Source: Gammaproteobacteria bacterium (lineage in GTDB: Bacteria > Pseudomonadota > Gammaproteobacteria > GCA-001735895). From it: a stretch of DNA of 64,000 bases. Every line of letters begins with the position of its first letter. Position 1 is the stretch's first letter. The stretch covers positions 32,001-96,000 of the forward strand of contig JBNKUM010000118.1 in the NCBI GenBank assembly GCA_050298595.1. Reading direction: 5' to 3'. The position numbers and the translations under genes were made by a program. The notes beneath the pieces were generated by a model. That model made no database searches. It was not told the origin of the DNA and was given only the letters and a program-made list of their open reading frames with translations. Shown here one piece after another: positions 1-14,541 of the stretch.

Positions 1-2
1 TT

Positions 3-2210
3 AAATCTCTTTTCCAGGTCATGCGCCACCTGTCGACGGATGTCTTCGTCAGGGCCATAAACCTCAGCAACTACCGATTGTAGAACGGGTGGACCTGGAG
101 GCATTTCAACAACCTGAATCTTCACATTATCGTTATCACCAATCACCTCATGTAGACGAGCACGCACGTCTTCGGCTATTTCATGACTGCTACGATCACG
201 GTGTTTCTTATCCAGTAACTGCACCTGAATATCAGCCTCCCAGGGCTGGGTTCTCAGATAATAGTGGCGCACCAATCCATTAAAATTGAAAGGCGACGAT
301 GCCCCAACATAGGTCTGCAGTGCAGTAACTTCTTCGACAGTCAGGATTTTCTCGGCCAACTCATTCACCTGATTGGCGGTGAGAGGTAAAGCAGAACCTT
401 CCTTCATATTAACCACAACATTGAATTCGGGCTTGTTATCCAGGGGCAACATCTTGACCGGTACAGCCTTGGTATAAAACATGGATGCACACAAAAAGAA
501 TACGATAAACAGGCTGGCGAGGAAGATGCGTCCCTTAGTTTTGTTGGTAATTAAAGGAATGAGTATTTTACGAAACAGATTGCCCAGCAATTCATTCTGA
601 GAATGTTCAGACTCTTCCATCTCCTTGAGCTTTTCCATTGATGGCTTAATACGCATGGCCAGCCAGGGGGTAAACATAAAGGCTGCAAATACTGAAAACA
701 GCATAGCAAAAGAACCCAGTGATGGAATCGGTTCCATATAAGGCCCCATCATCCCACGCACAAACCCCATGGGTAATAACGCAGCGATTACGGTCAGTGT
801 TGCCAGGATAGTCGGGTTACCCACCTCTCTCACCGCATCGATAGCAATATCAGTTTCGGTACTTTCAGCCATCAACCAGCGCCGGTAGATATTCTCTACT
901 ACGACGATGGCATCATCCACCAGAATCCCTATAGAAAATATCAATGCAAACAGACTCACCCTGTCGATGGTATAACCCGTTATCAGCGCATAAAATACCG
1001 TCACCAGTATGACCACAGGAATGACGATCATAACAACCAGAGCTGGCTCCCAACGAAAGTTAAGCGCAGCCCAGATTAAAACCACCACTATGCCTGTTGC
1101 TATGAATAACTTAAGAATCAGGCCATTGACCTTTTGCTCTGCTGATTTACCATAGTTTCGGGTCACAGCCACATGAATATTGTCGGGAATGACATTCCCC
1201 TTCATGGCTTCCACCTTAGCCAGGATATCTTCAGCTACTTCAACGCCATTCGAGCCTTTCTTTTTTGCTATCGCAACAGTAACCGCCGAGGCAGCGTAGG
1301 CTGCTTCAGCATTCTCTTCAAGGTGCTGGGCTGAGGTGTAATAATTGACTATCGATTTTGCATCGGCAGGTGCCGCAGTCACTCGTGCAATATCACGCAC
1401 ATAAACTGGAGAGCCATCATTGATCGCAACCACCAGACTTTCAATATCACTGACAGTTTTAAGAAAAGCTCCGGAATAAACCTTTGCGCTTTTATCATTG
1501 GATTCAATGTCACCCAGGCCGATTTCACTATTCGCTGTACGAATGGTATTAGCAATTTGATCCAGTGAAATATCATAACCGGAGAGCCTTTCGGGTAATA
1601 TTTCAATCTTAAGCTCATCTGAGCGGCCACCCACAACAAAGCCCTGGGCGGCATTTTCAACCGTACTGATAGATTGTAGAACATCCAGAGCGACTAATCT
1701 AAGAATGGAATCATCGTGTTCATTCGACCATAGCGTAAGAGTCACAACAGGAACATCATCAACCCCCTTTGGCTTTACCAGAGGTTGATCAACACCGGGT
1801 GGTATCTTGTCCATATTGGAAGAGAGTTTGTCGTACACCTTGACCAGTGATTTCTCCAGATCCTCACCAACCTCAAACTGTACGGTGACCATGCCCTGGT
1901 CACGAGTCGCAGCTGAATACACATGATCGACACCAGAAATCTCATTCAGCATTCGCTCCAGTGGATCGGTCGCCAGCCTGGATACCTGTTGCGCGGAGGC
2001 ACCTTTATAGCTGATAAAGATATCCACCATGGGGACTGATATCTGAGGGTCCTCCTGACGTGGTGTTAAAAACACGCCAAGAACACCTAGCGCGAAGCAG
2101 GCAATAAGTAGCAACGGGGTAAGTGGAGAATGAATAAAGGCCTTAGCCAGGTTACCGGCAATACCCAACGATTTATTTTTATGGTTTTTTGTATTATTTT
2201 GCTGTGTCAT
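3..2210 (-). CDS. RND efflux permease (AcrB/CusA family), N-terminal part; runs off the left edge
   Basis: Not in the ORF track because there is no stop in the window. Manual translation from ATG 2210 gives MTQQNNTKNHKNKSLGIAGNLAKAFIHSPLTPLLLIACFALGVLGVFLTPRQEDPQISVPMVDIF..., later SLFALIFSIGILVDDAIVVVENIYRR, the RND TM4 motif. Lies downstream of a membrane fusion protein gene. Confidence 0.92.
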   Translation of the reverse strand, partial: MTQQNNTKNHKNKSLGIAGNLAKAFIHSPLTPLLLIACFALGVLGVFLTPRQEDPQISVPMVDIFISYKGASAQQVSRLATDPLERMLNEISGVDHVYSAATRDQGMVTVQFEVGEDLEKSLVKVYDKLSSNMDKIPPGVDQPLVKPKGVDDVPVVTLTLWSNEHDDSILRLVALDVLQSISTVENAAQGFVVGGRSDELKIEILPERLSGYDISLDQIANTIRTANSEIGLGDIESNDKSAKVYSGAFLKTVSDIESLVVAINDGSPVYVRDIARVTAAPADAKSIVNYYTSAQHLEENAEAAYAASAVTVAIAKKKGSNGVEVAEDILAKVEAMKGNVIPDNIHVAVTRNYGKSAEQKVNGLILKLFIATGIVVVLIWAALNFRWEPALVVMIVIPVVILVTVFYALITGYTIDRVSLFALIFSIGILVDDAIVVVENIYRRWLMAESTETDIAIDAVREVGNPTILATLTVIAALLPMGFVRGMMGPYMEPIPSLGSFAMLFSVFAAFMFTPWLAMRIKPSMEKLKEMEESEHSQNELLGNLFRKILIPLITNKTKGRIFLASLFIVFFLCASMFYTKAVPVKMLPLDNKPEFNVVVNMKEGSALPLTANQVNELAEKILTVEEVTALQTYVGASSPFNFNGLVRHYYLRTQPWEADIQVQLLDKKHRDRSSHEIAEDVRARLHEVIGDNDNVKIQVVEMPPGPPVLQSVVAEVYGPDEDIRRQVAHDLEKRF

Positions 2211-2265
2211 TGTCGGATATCAGGATTTTATACGTGAGTGAAATAGCCTCTTGTTGATAGAGAGG

Positions 2266-3444
2266 TTACTGACTGTCGCTATCGCTGTTACTTGTTTTGC
2301 TTTCTACATCCGGCTTCCACCCAGATTTGATCGTTTTTGGTGGCGCACTAATGATTTTATCTCCAGACTTGATGCCTGATAGCACGGTAACTCTAGTCGC
2401 ATCATAGTCAGAGCCCAGCCTTACAATCCTCATCTTCGCCTGGTTTTCTTCATCCAGGATATAAACACTGGGCAGGCTGCCACGATAGATCACTGCATCT
2501 TTAGGAATAACAGGAACAAGTCTTCTATCTGCAGTAGTATCATTAATCGTCACCTCAGCATACAACCCTGGTCCACCTGGTGTGCCCTCTGGCAGATCAA
2601 ACTTTACGGTTACGGTATGTTTTTGTTTATCAGCAACTGGATATATTTGAGCGACCTTGGCTTTGGTGAAACTATTGTTTATATCCAGTTTGACATCAAC
2701 CAGGCTTCCTTTAGTCAAACCAAAAATCAGTCTTGCGGGGACTTCGGCCTGAATTCTAAGGTATTGGGTGTGAGCAAATTTCAGCAAGGGTGTGCCTGGT
2801 TGAACCGTATCGCCCTCTTCAACCATCTTGCGTACCAGCTTCCCATCAAATGGCGCAATCGCTCGAGCATCACGTAATTTGGCATCCAGTTCTTCCAGTC
2901 CAGAACGCGCCTTCATGACCATAGACTCTGCATTTTGCACCTGCGCTCCAGATGAATATAAGTCTCCATAGCGTTCGATATCCGGGTTACCAACGCCCAT
3001 CATGTTACCCATATTTTTGGTAAACATATTGTCGAACAAAGTTGGCATACCAAGCCCCGGCATACCGCTCAGGCTTTCTGCACGGGGAGAAATTAATTCG
3101 CGAGAATATTGAACCCTGGCATTGCGTAAACCGGATTCCGCATTTGAAAGTTGGGCTAACGCAGCTCTGCGCTGGGCGACCAGATCATCATCATCAATCG
3201 AGAGTAGTAAATTATTTTTCTGGAAGAAGTCACCCTCTGATCCGGCAATATATTGAACCCGGCCAGGAACCTGAGCTGAAAGCGTCACCTCTTTATAGGG
3301 AATAACCGTTCCACCAATTTTTATTTTATTTCCGAATTCAGCAGACTCAACAGTCATCAACTGCCATGCATGAGTACTACTCGATAAAACAGTAAGTATT
3401 GTAGCTATTGCCAGAGATGATTTTTTGAGATGGTTTGATTTCAT
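2266..3444 (-). CDS. RND efflux periplasmic adaptor (membrane fusion protein)
   Basis: Signal peptide, lipoyl half-motifs (AQVPGRV...EGD; APFDGKLVRKMVEEGDTVQPGTPL), coiled coil; adjacent to the RND permease. Confidence 0.92.
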   Translation of the reverse strand: MKSNHLKKSSLAIATILTVLSSSTHAWQLMTVESAEFGNKIKIGGTVIPYKEVTLSAQVPGRVQYIAGSEGDFFQKNNLLLSIDDDDLVAQRRAALAQLSNAESGLRNARVQYSRELISPRAESLSGMPGLGMPTLFDNMFTKNMGNMMGVGNPDIERYGDLYSSGAQVQNAESMVMKARSGLEELDAKLRDARAIAPFDGKLVRKMVEEGDTVQPGTPLLKFAHTQYLRIQAEVPARLIFGLTKGSLVDVKLDINNSFTKAKVAQIYPVADKQKHTVTVKFDLPEGTPGGPGLYAEVTINDTTADRRLVPVIPKDAVIYRGSLPSVYILDEENQAKMRIVRLGSDYDATRVTVLSGIKSGDKIISAPPKTIKSGWKPDVESKTSNSDSDSQ

Positions 3445-3717
3445 TTTTATATTACCAATATCGCTTGATCAGGCCGCTTTATTTATAGTTAAAGGCTGGA
3501 CCTGAAACTTAATCCAGATCTAAAACCTTCTTTATTTTTAGTAACTACATCTGCTAATCAATTTTGAATTTGATGGATTAAGCTACTTATTACCCAATGT
3601 ACTCTTTGAACCATGAGGTATAAAACCCGTGAAGTCTAGCAAGAATTCACTTATGGCGCATACATTAGACTTTTTGTTTTTCTTTTATCTCAAACTGGTG
3701 CCAACTTGATACGGGAG

Positions 3718-3747
3718 TATATTAGCAAGCATTAATATAGATATCAA
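3718..3747 (-). promoter_or_regulatory. Putative sigma70 promoter of the RND operon overlapped by a palindromic operator
   Basis: Minus strand TTGATA-17nt-TAATAT with TGn extension. The inverted repeat TATATTA-N8-TAATATA (3718-3739) covers the -10 and spacer. Confidence 0.5.
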
Positions 3748-3871
3748 TGTAAGAATTATCTGCCTCTCCCAAAAAATCAAACAGTAATGATTTCTGACTC
3801 ATCCGAACTACACTGAACTATCGACTATATATCGTAGAGCATTTAAACCTGTTCACATTGATTAAATCTGA

Positions 3872-4582
3872 TTACCTGTTTAGTCCCATATCAAGGAAGA
3901 CCTGAGCTAATCGAAGGTCTTCAGGGTGAGTTATTTTTATATTTCTACCATCTCCCTGCACCAGTCGAGGATGATAGCCGCTCAACTCCATAGCAGAGGC
4001 ATCATCTGTAACTAATAAATTCTGGGTTAGAATCGACTCTAGCGCCGTATAGATTTTACTAAGATAGAATGCCTGTGGAGTCAACGCCCGCCACAGGTGT
4101 TCACGAGGCTGTGTACTCAACACAGTAAGATCAGTATTCGCCTTTTTTAATGTATCCGCCAATGGTGTTGCCAACAGTGCGCCATCTTCACATCCCCTGG
4201 CAACCTGTAATAAGAGGTCAAGATCCTGATGCAGGACAAATGGCCTTACTGCATCGTGGATCATCACTATACAGTCTGCAGTGAGTTGAGATTTCAATGA
4301 GCTGAGCCCATTGAAAACAGAGTGATGCCTCTGCGCACCACCGATACAGGTTAACAGTGGTTTATTGGAATGATATTTAAGTAGTGGCCAGTGATCATCG
4401 CTTTCACTCAATATCAACATAACGCCATCGATTGCGTGAAAACTAAACAGGTTATCTAGCGTATGCTCTAACACTGTTTTATCACCCAAAGACAGATATT
4501 GCTTAGGCCGGTCAGCACCTATGCGTGACCCTACACCCGTTGCAGGAATTACGGCCCAACATTGAGGATTAGTAGAAGACAT
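3872..4582 (-). CDS. ispD: 2-C-methyl-D-erythritol 4-phosphate cytidylyltransferase
   Basis: PATGVGSR...PKQY, IHDAVRPF, LTPQAF, TDDASAME, NIKITHPEDL motifs; follows ftsB. Confidence 0.96.
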   Translation of the reverse strand: MSSTNPQCWAVIPATGVGSRIGADRPKQYLSLGDKTVLEHTLDNLFSFHAIDGVMLILSESDDHWPLLKYHSNKPLLTCIGGAQRHHSVFNGLSSLKSQLTADCIVMIHDAVRPFVLHQDLDLLLQVARGCEDGALLATPLADTLKKANTDLTVLSTQPREHLWRALTPQAFYLSKIYTALESILTQNLLVTDDASAMELSGYHPRLVQGDGRNIKITHPEDLRLAQVFLDMGLNR

Positions 4583-4875
4583 CAGGGCTCACCTGCCGCC
4601 TGCTGCGGGTTGACTAATTGATAAAAGGTTTCGCCTTTTTTAATCATCCCCAGGTCATTACGTGCTTTTTCTTCGTAAGCATCAAATCCGTTTTGTAGAT
4701 CTAAAACCTGAGCTTCCAGTTTGCGATTGCGCTCTTCCAGTAGCTTCAGCTTCTGCTTTTGAATTTCCAGCTCTGCAGATAGTTGCACGACTTCTGACAG
4801 GCTTCCATCACCAAACCAGAGTCGATACTGTAATACCAGAAAAGCAACGATTAATGCTGCAATCAACAGGCGCAT
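4582..4875 (-). CDS. ftsB: Cell division protein FtsB
   Basis: LQYRLWFGDGS, coiled coil, EEKARNDLGMIKKGETFY; eno-ftsB-ispD synteny. Confidence 0.96.
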   Translation of the reverse strand: MRLLIAALIVAFLVLQYRLWFGDGSLSEVVQLSAELEIQKQKLKLLEERNRKLEAQVLDLQNGFDAYEEKARNDLGMIKKGETFYQLVNPQQAAGEP

Positions 4876-4917
4876 CCCTTCACCTGTTCTATAATGTCAA
4901 AACATAAAAATCGCAAT

Positions 4918-6210
<1,293 letters not shown>

Positions 6211-6298
6211 TTAGATATTTGATTTACCTTTCAGCTTATCCGCTTCAGGTAACAGTTGTATAAACAGGATGCCTGAGAACCAGACTCTTCCCGTAATA

Positions 6299-8835
<2,537 letters not shown>

Positions 8836-8869
8836 TTAACTCAATCGATATAGCAGATAACTAAGCGCT

Positions 8870-9826
8870 CTATTTAGTAGCAAGAATAACCGCGCGCAAA
8901 GGGGCCGGATAACCCTCCACCGTTTTATTTCGGTCATGGGGATCCAGACACTCAGGCAGTGATTCAAAAGGCATCCACTCAGTACTTCTCTGCTCCTCAA
9001 TCGTAGTTTGATTAACATCTACAACCCTTATGTCGCTGAATCCACAGCGGCTAAGCCAGTGAGACAGTTCATCGGTAGTCGGTAAAAACCAGACATTATT
9101 CATACGCGCATATCGAGAACCCGGAACCAGAACCTGACCGCTACCACCTTCAATCACCAGCGTTTCCAGACAAAGCTCACCTCCAGGCTTGAGCAGTGAC
9201 TTTAATTGCAGTAAATGATCAATTGGCGACTTTCTGTGATACAAAACCCCCATTGAAAAAACCGTATCAAACCATTGCATGTTTACAGGCATATGCTGTA
9301 TGCCGACCGGCAGCATATGAATACGCCCATCCTGGATATAATGTTGTAACGCGCGAAACTGCAAATTGAACAGCAAGGAGGGGTCTATACCCAGTACCAG
9401 ATCGGGCTCATGAGCCAGCATACGCCAGCAGTGATAACCATTTCCACAACCCACATCCAGTATACGTCGCTGTTTGAGTGGAGACAGATGTCGATAAATT
9501 CGATCCCATTTAAAATCGCTATGCCATTCAGTATCTATATACACATCTGCCAGCTGGAACGGCCCCTTTCGCCAGGGCTTTAAGCCCTGCAAGGCCTGCA
9601 ATAGCAACTCACCCTGCTCACAGCCTCCACTAACCGTCACAGCTGAGCGATTTAACTGGATTTGAGCTTCATCAATGGGAGGAAGGGAATTTAAAGCCTG
9701 ATTCCAGCGTTCGAAATCTCCATGATGCGCGGCACTGAACCAGTGCGGATCCGAAGTTCGCAATGTTTCAACCCAGCCCTGAAAACCAGATTGCTCAAGT
9801 TGTTGATAGAGTACTTCACGAAACAT
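8870..9826 (-). CDS. cmoB: tRNA U34 carboxymethyltransferase
   Basis: PWRKGPF, IDTEWHSDFKW, LDVGCGNGYH, MGVLYHRKSP, TVEGYPAP. Confidence 0.95.
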   Translation of the reverse strand: MFREVLYQQLEQSGFQGWVETLRTSDPHWFSAAHHGDFERWNQALNSLPPIDEAQIQLNRSAVTVSGGCEQGELLLQALQGLKPWRKGPFQLADVYIDTEWHSDFKWDRIYRHLSPLKQRRILDVGCGNGYHCWRMLAHEPDLVLGIDPSLLFNLQFRALQHYIQDGRIHMLPVGIQHMPVNMQWFDTVFSMGVLYHRKSPIDHLLQLKSLLKPGGELCLETLVIEGGSGQVLVPGSRYARMNNVWFLPTTDELSHWLSRCGFSDIRVVDVNQTTIEEQRSTEWMPFESLPECLDPHDRNKTVEGYPAPLRAVILATK

Positions 9827-10551
9827 TATTTAATTGCCAGAAAAGAAACAAAATTAAAACAGTGAAAACTTTCAATCACTTCACTAAAGCCACATTCCTT
9901 AAGCCTTGTCAGGTGAAGTGATTTCTTATCCGGAATTAGCACTTTCTCCAGAGCTGTACGTTTCTGAGCGATTTCAAGATCGCTATAGCCCTGTAATTTT
10001 TTAAACGCCTGATACAGCTCTGTCATATTGACCTGAGTCTCAGCATCATCGTACTCAACCTTTTCACTCAGCACCAGCGCACCACCAGGACACATCCCTT
10101 GGTGGATTTTTGTTAATAGCGCTAAACGTTGTTCGGGGTTGATAAACTGCAAGGTCAGGTTCAACACAACCAGAGAAGCATTTTCAATAGCAAGCGATTC
10201 AAGATCATCACAAATCCAGTCAATGTCCTGGTCAGAATTTTTTTCTCGACATTTACTGATCATAGAGGGTGAGTTATCCACTGCTAAAATTGAACAGTTT
10301 CTTTCCTCAACCTGTTGGGCAATCACTCGAGACACAACACCTGTCGAACACCCCAGATCATAGACATTGCTATTTTCGGTAACAAAAATATCTGCATACA
10401 GAGCGATCAGACGCACCAGTAATTCATACCCTGGCACCGAACGACCAATCATGTCATCAAAAACCCTGGTCACCTGCTCATCAAACTCAAATGCCTTGAC
10501 TGAGGTTAGAGGCCTGGAAAAAACTTTGTCTTTTGCTGTGATATCGGTCAT
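9826..10551 (-). CDS. cmoA: Carboxy-S-adenosyl-L-methionine synthase
   Basis: FEFDEQVTRVFDDMIGRSVPGY, YDLGCSTG, NLTLQF, GYSDLEIAQKRTALE. ATG 10551 chosen as the start; the ORF track extends to 10581. Confidence 0.94.
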   Translation of the reverse strand: MTDITAKDKVFSRPLTSVKAFEFDEQVTRVFDDMIGRSVPGYELLVRLIALYADIFVTENSNVYDLGCSTGVVSRVIAQQVEERNCSILAVDNSPSMISKCREKNSDQDIDWICDDLESLAIENASLVVLNLTLQFINPEQRLALLTKIHQGMCPGGALVLSEKVEYDDAETQVNMTELYQAFKKLQGYSDLEIAQKRTALEKVLIPDKKSLHLTRLKECGFSEVIESFHCFNFVSFLAIK

Positions 10552-10607
10552 GTTTCGTGGGTGGCTAGATGCTACAATCAAATTTTTGCTAATTATCGCA
10601 CATCATT

Positions 10608-11438
10608 ATGTTAAAGAAATGTCTTTACCCAGTAGCCGGTTATGGAACCCGTTTTCTTCCCGCAACCAAATCCATGGCAAAGGAAATGTTGCCCATTGTC
10701 GATAAACCTCTGATTCAGTATGCCGTAGAAGAAGCCATGAGCGCTGGTCTTGTGCAACAGGCATTTGTCACCGGCCGAACCAAACGATCAATAGAGGATC
10801 ATTTCGATATCAGCTATGAACTGGAGAACGAAATAAGGGGCAGCGCTAAAGAAGATCAACTGAAAGAGATTAGAGATATACGTGACAATTGCGTATTTAC
10901 CTACACGCGCCAGAAAGCGATGAATGGATTAGGCAAGGCCATTCTGACTGGAGAACCGATGATAGGCGATGAAGCATTCGGCGTGATCCTGGCTGACGAC
11001 TTATGTATTACCGAAGGAGATTCGGTGATGCAACAGATGGCCGGCCTGTATAAACAATTTCGCTGTAGTATCGTAGCCATTGAAGAAGTCCCGGCAGAAG
11101 AAACCTATAAATATGGTGTGATTGCCGGCGAACAGTTTCAGGATAATATTTTCAAGGTCACCGACATGGTTGAAAAACCAGCCCCGGAAGATGCCCCTAG
11201 CAATATGGCAATCATTGGTCGCTATATACTCACTCCGGACATTTTTGATTATATCCGGGAAACCAAGCCGGGTTCGAATGGTGAGGTTCAAATCACTGAT
11301 GCATTGCTTGCGCAGGCTAAAAGCGGTTGTGTACTGGCGTATCGATTCAAGGGCAAGCGTTTTGATTGCGGCAGTCTACATGGATACGTTGAAGCCACCA
11401 ATTATTGCTACAACAAATTCCACGACCCTTCAGAGTAG
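10608..11438 (+). CDS. galU: UTP--glucose-1-phosphate uridylyltransferase
   Basis: PVAGYGTRFLPATK, KEMLPIVDKP, VEKP, GEVQITDA, RFDCGS. Confidence 0.96.
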   Translation: MLKKCLYPVAGYGTRFLPATKSMAKEMLPIVDKPLIQYAVEEAMSAGLVQQAFVTGRTKRSIEDHFDISYELENEIRGSAKEDQLKEIRDIRDNCVFTYTRQKAMNGLGKAILTGEPMIGDEAFGVILADDLCITEGDSVMQQMAGLYKQFRCSIVAIEEVPAEETYKYGVIAGEQFQDNIFKVTDMVEKPAPEDAPSNMAIIGRYILTPDIFDYIRETKPGSNGEVQITDALLAQAKSGCVLAYRFKGKRFDCGSLHGYVEATNYCYNKFHDPSE

Positions 11439-12668
11439 TAGCAGGTCAGTTAATTTACCGTCTACATATATTTGTGGCGTAGTAGTACGTAACCAGGGCG
11501 GGACACGATACTTTTGAAAAAGACGTTTCAGGCGATGACTGCTTGAAGCGTCCGTCGAAGCGTGCTCAGTTCGAAAATGCAAAGCCAGTGTCTGCCCCTC
11601 CTCGGTCATCTTGAGTTTAGCTAGCAGCTGCTGCCGACTGATTAAGATATTCAGCGCTTTAATCTCTAAAGATGTATCTTCTGGCACATCGTAAGCCGGC
11701 AATAAATCTGGCTCCAGATAATCATCCACCATAAACAGCAAACCATCATAACAGCGCAGACTATAACCCTGGGCCTTAATCAGCGGCATTGCATCTGAGG
11801 CTGCCGAAACCTGTTTAAGAACCTGTTGTAGCTTTTTGAATCCAGGTTGCTGTTGATGTCTGGTATTTATCCAGAAACGTATAAGGTTCTTCTGGCGTTC
11901 AGCGGAAAGACGGGTTAAGGCGAATATATCCAGACAGGGGGAGGTTGAAAATAAATGATCCCGTGTACAGGTCTGTAAATCAATCTGTGCCAAATCCTCT
12001 AGCAGTTGATGCTGTTCCCTTTGCCATTCGCTAACCCGGTGTAATAGTGGAATCACAGCAGGCCAGCGCTGTTTAATTCGCGGCAGAATCTGGTGGCGCA
12101 GATAATTCCGGTCATATTTAAATGAGTCGTTACTTGGATCTTCTACCCACTGCAAATTATGTTGAGCTGCATATTGTTCAATCGCTTCGCGCTGAAAATT
12201 GAGTAGCGGTCGAAACAGCCAGCCCTGCCCTAAACGGGTTAAATCAGCGATGGCTCTCAAACCCGCCGAGCCAGATCCACGCATCAGATTCAACATCAGC
12301 GTTTCCGCCTGATCATTCATATGATGAGCTGTTAGCAGTGCATCTTGCGCAGTTAGCGCCTGAGAGAATAAATCATAGCGAGCCTGACGGGCTACCGCTT
12401 CGAGATTAGCGCTATCAGGATTGAGATTCAGATGATCAACCCGAATCTCCAGATTGTATTTTTCTGCCAGATCATAGGCCATCTGCTGCATCTGTAGCGC
12501 ATTAGCTTGTAGACCGTGATTAATATGCCAAAGTACCAGCGAGTAACTATGCTGCTGCTGGAGCAGCCTGTGCAGCAACACACAGGAATCGATTCCTGCA
12601 CTGAAAGCCAAATACAGTCGATTTACGCTTTCAGGTAATTTTTCCAGCGAGAGATGCAGGGAAGACAT
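11430..12668 (-). CDS. tilS: tRNA(Ile)-lysidine synthetase
   Basis: AFSAGIDS PP-loop variant, HINHGL, ARQARY, TAHHMNDQAET, DPSN, RNYLR; follows accA. Confidence 0.94.
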   Translation of the reverse strand: MSSLHLSLEKLPESVNRLYLAFSAGIDSCVLLHRLLQQQHSYSLVLWHINHGLQANALQMQQMAYDLAEKYNLEIRVDHLNLNPDSANLEAVARQARYDLFSQALTAQDALLTAHHMNDQAETLMLNLMRGSGSAGLRAIADLTRLGQGWLFRPLLNFQREAIEQYAAQHNLQWVEDPSNDSFKYDRNYLRHQILPRIKQRWPAVIPLLHRVSEWQREQHQLLEDLAQIDLQTCTRDHLFSTSPCLDIFALTRLSAERQKNLIRFWINTRHQQQPGFKKLQQVLKQVSAASDAMPLIKAQGYSLRCYDGLLFMVDDYLEPDLLPAYDVPEDTSLEIKALNILISRQQLLAKLKMTEEGQTLALHFRTEHASTDASSSHRLKRLFQKYRVPPWLRTTTPQIYVDGKLTDLLLL

Positions 12669-12672
12669 TGCA

Positions 12673-13632
12673 TCAAGTTTCTATAAAGGCACCAAATCCC
12701 ATTAATCGGTTATAGCGTTGATCCAGTAGCTTATCGATACCGATTGCATCCAGTATCTCAATATTTTCAGATAGATTTTCACGCAAGCTATGAGCCATCT
12801 GATCATAATCCCTGTGAGCTCCACCCAAAGGCTCTCCGATAACCTGATCGATGAGTTTGAGCTCCAGTAATCGATTTGCAGTAATGCCCATGGCATCTGC
12901 AGCCTGAGCGGCCTTATCTGAACTTTTCCATAGAATAGAGGCACAGCCTTCCGGTGAAATGACAGAATAGGTTGCATACTGAAGCATATTAACCCGGTCA
13001 CCCACGGCTATAGCCAGAGCACCGCCTGAACCTCCTTCTCCGATGACAGTACAGATAATAGGCGTTTTAAGATCAGCCATCACATATAGATTTCGTGCAA
13101 TCGCTTCACTCTGCCCACGCTCTTCTGCACCGATACCAGGATAGGCCCCCGGGGTGTCTACCAGTGTGATCAATGGCATTTTAAATTTCTCAGCCATCTT
13201 CATTAATCGCATAGCCTTTCTGTAACCTTCTGGTCGAGGCATACCAAAATTACGTTTTATTTTTTCTCGGGTATCACGACCTTTTTGCTGGCCTAATACC
13301 ATCACAGGCTTTCCATTCAAGCGTCCGATTCCGCCTACCATTGGGCTATCATCAGCATATACTCGATCTCCATGTAGATACTCAAAATCCACAAACATCC
13401 GCTCGATGTAATCTACCGCATAAGGACGATTCGGATGACGAGCAATTTGTGAAATCTGCCAGGAGCTTAATTTGGAAAAAATTGAGTTGGTCAGACTTTC
13501 TGCCTTTTTTTCCAGAGTGCCAATTTCTTCTGTGATATTGATATCAGAGTCATCGGTTACATAACGTAGTTCTTCGATCTTGGCCTGAAGTTCAGCAATT
13601 GGTTGTTCAAAGTCTAGAAAATTTGGATCCAT
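12673..13632 (-). CDS. accA: Acetyl-CoA carboxylase carboxyltransferase alpha subunit
   Basis: [41 protein letters not shown]. Confidence 0.98.
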   Translation of the reverse strand: MDPNFLDFEQPIAELQAKIEELRYVTDDSDINITEEIGTLEKKAESLTNSIFSKLSSWQISQIARHPNRPYAVDYIERMFVDFEYLHGDRVYADDSPMVGGIGRLNGKPVMVLGQQKGRDTREKIKRNFGMPRPEGYRKAMRLMKMAEKFKMPLITLVDTPGAYPGIGAEERGQSEAIARNLYVMADLKTPIICTVIGEGGSGGALAIAVGDRVNMLQYATYSVISPEGCASILWKSSDKAAQAADAMGITANRLLELKLIDQVIGEPLGGAHRDYDQMAHSLRENLSENIEILDAIGIDKLLDQRYNRLMGFGAFIET

Positions 13633-13822
13633 AGCGCTATAAGCCTGCCTTTATATTCGGTGTATTTATAGAAAACATTATTGTGTTATTGTTTGCGCAT
13701 AATGAGTGATCACTGATCTTATACAAGGAATAAATTAAAATGATTCACTACGGGTTAGAAACAGGAATTGTATCGATTTAAGCTTAAACTGTCAGTAATA
13801 ACCGATAATTTAACGCCAACAA

Positions 13823-14527
13823 TTATTCACATAAAGACTGGTTGATACGTTCTAGCTGTGCCACCGGGTCGATATGTGCGGTAATGGGTCGACCAATCAC
13901 CAGATAGCTGGAACCTGCGGCAATGGCCTGCTGAGGTGTCATGATACGCTGCTGATCATTACTATCTGAGCCTTCAGGCCGAATACCTGGTGTCACCAGT
14001 AAAGGCTTAGTGCCAAATTGATTTCGAATAGCTTCAGACTCTAGTGCAGAACAGACCATACCATCCAGCCCACATTCCAGGCTTAAAGCGGTCAAATCCA
14101 TAACAGCCTGACCAGGTGTTTTTTGAATGCCTATTTGGTCCAGACCCTGCTGATCGGTACTGGTTAGAATAGAAACCGCAATCAAATACGGAGCCTGACC
14201 ATCAAAATCATCGACTGCCTGTTTGGCCGCCAACATCATATTTCGACCACCAAGCGCATGAACATTAACCATCCATATACCTAGTCTGGCTGCAGCAGTG
14301 ATCGCCTTATTAACCGTATTGGGAATATCATGAAATTTCAAATCAAGAAACACATCATAACCTCGAGAGACTATGGCTTTGACAAGCTCGGGCCCTGCAG
14401 CTGTAAAAAGTTCCTTTCCAATTTTAACCCTGCACAGGGATGGGGAGATTTGATCAATAAATTGTAGAGCATTTTTCGCATCGGCATAATCCAGCGCGAC
14501 AATAATCTTTGAATCTGTTTTTTGCAT
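13823..14527 (-). CDS. pyrF: Orotidine 5'-phosphate decarboxylase
   Basis: IVALD, KIGKELF, FLDLKFHDIPNTV, VTPGIRP, VIGRPIT. Start set to the ATG at 14527, just after the lapB stop. Confidence 0.96.
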   Translation of the reverse strand: MQKTDSKIIVALDYADAKNALQFIDQISPSLCRVKIGKELFTAAGPELVKAIVSRGYDVFLDLKFHDIPNTVNKAITAAARLGIWMVNVHALGGRNMMLAAKQAVDDFDGQAPYLIAVSILTSTDQQGLDQIGIQKTPGQAVMDLTALSLECGLDGMVCSALESEAIRNQFGTKPLLVTPGIRPEGSDSNDQQRIMTPQQAIAAGSSYLVIGRPITAHIDPVAQLERINQSLCE

Positions 14528-14541
14528 ATAAGTACTCAGAA

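Noticed and set aside
3748-3871. ispF absent after ispD
   Set aside because: ispD and ispF are often unlinked; nothing can be concluded from one window.
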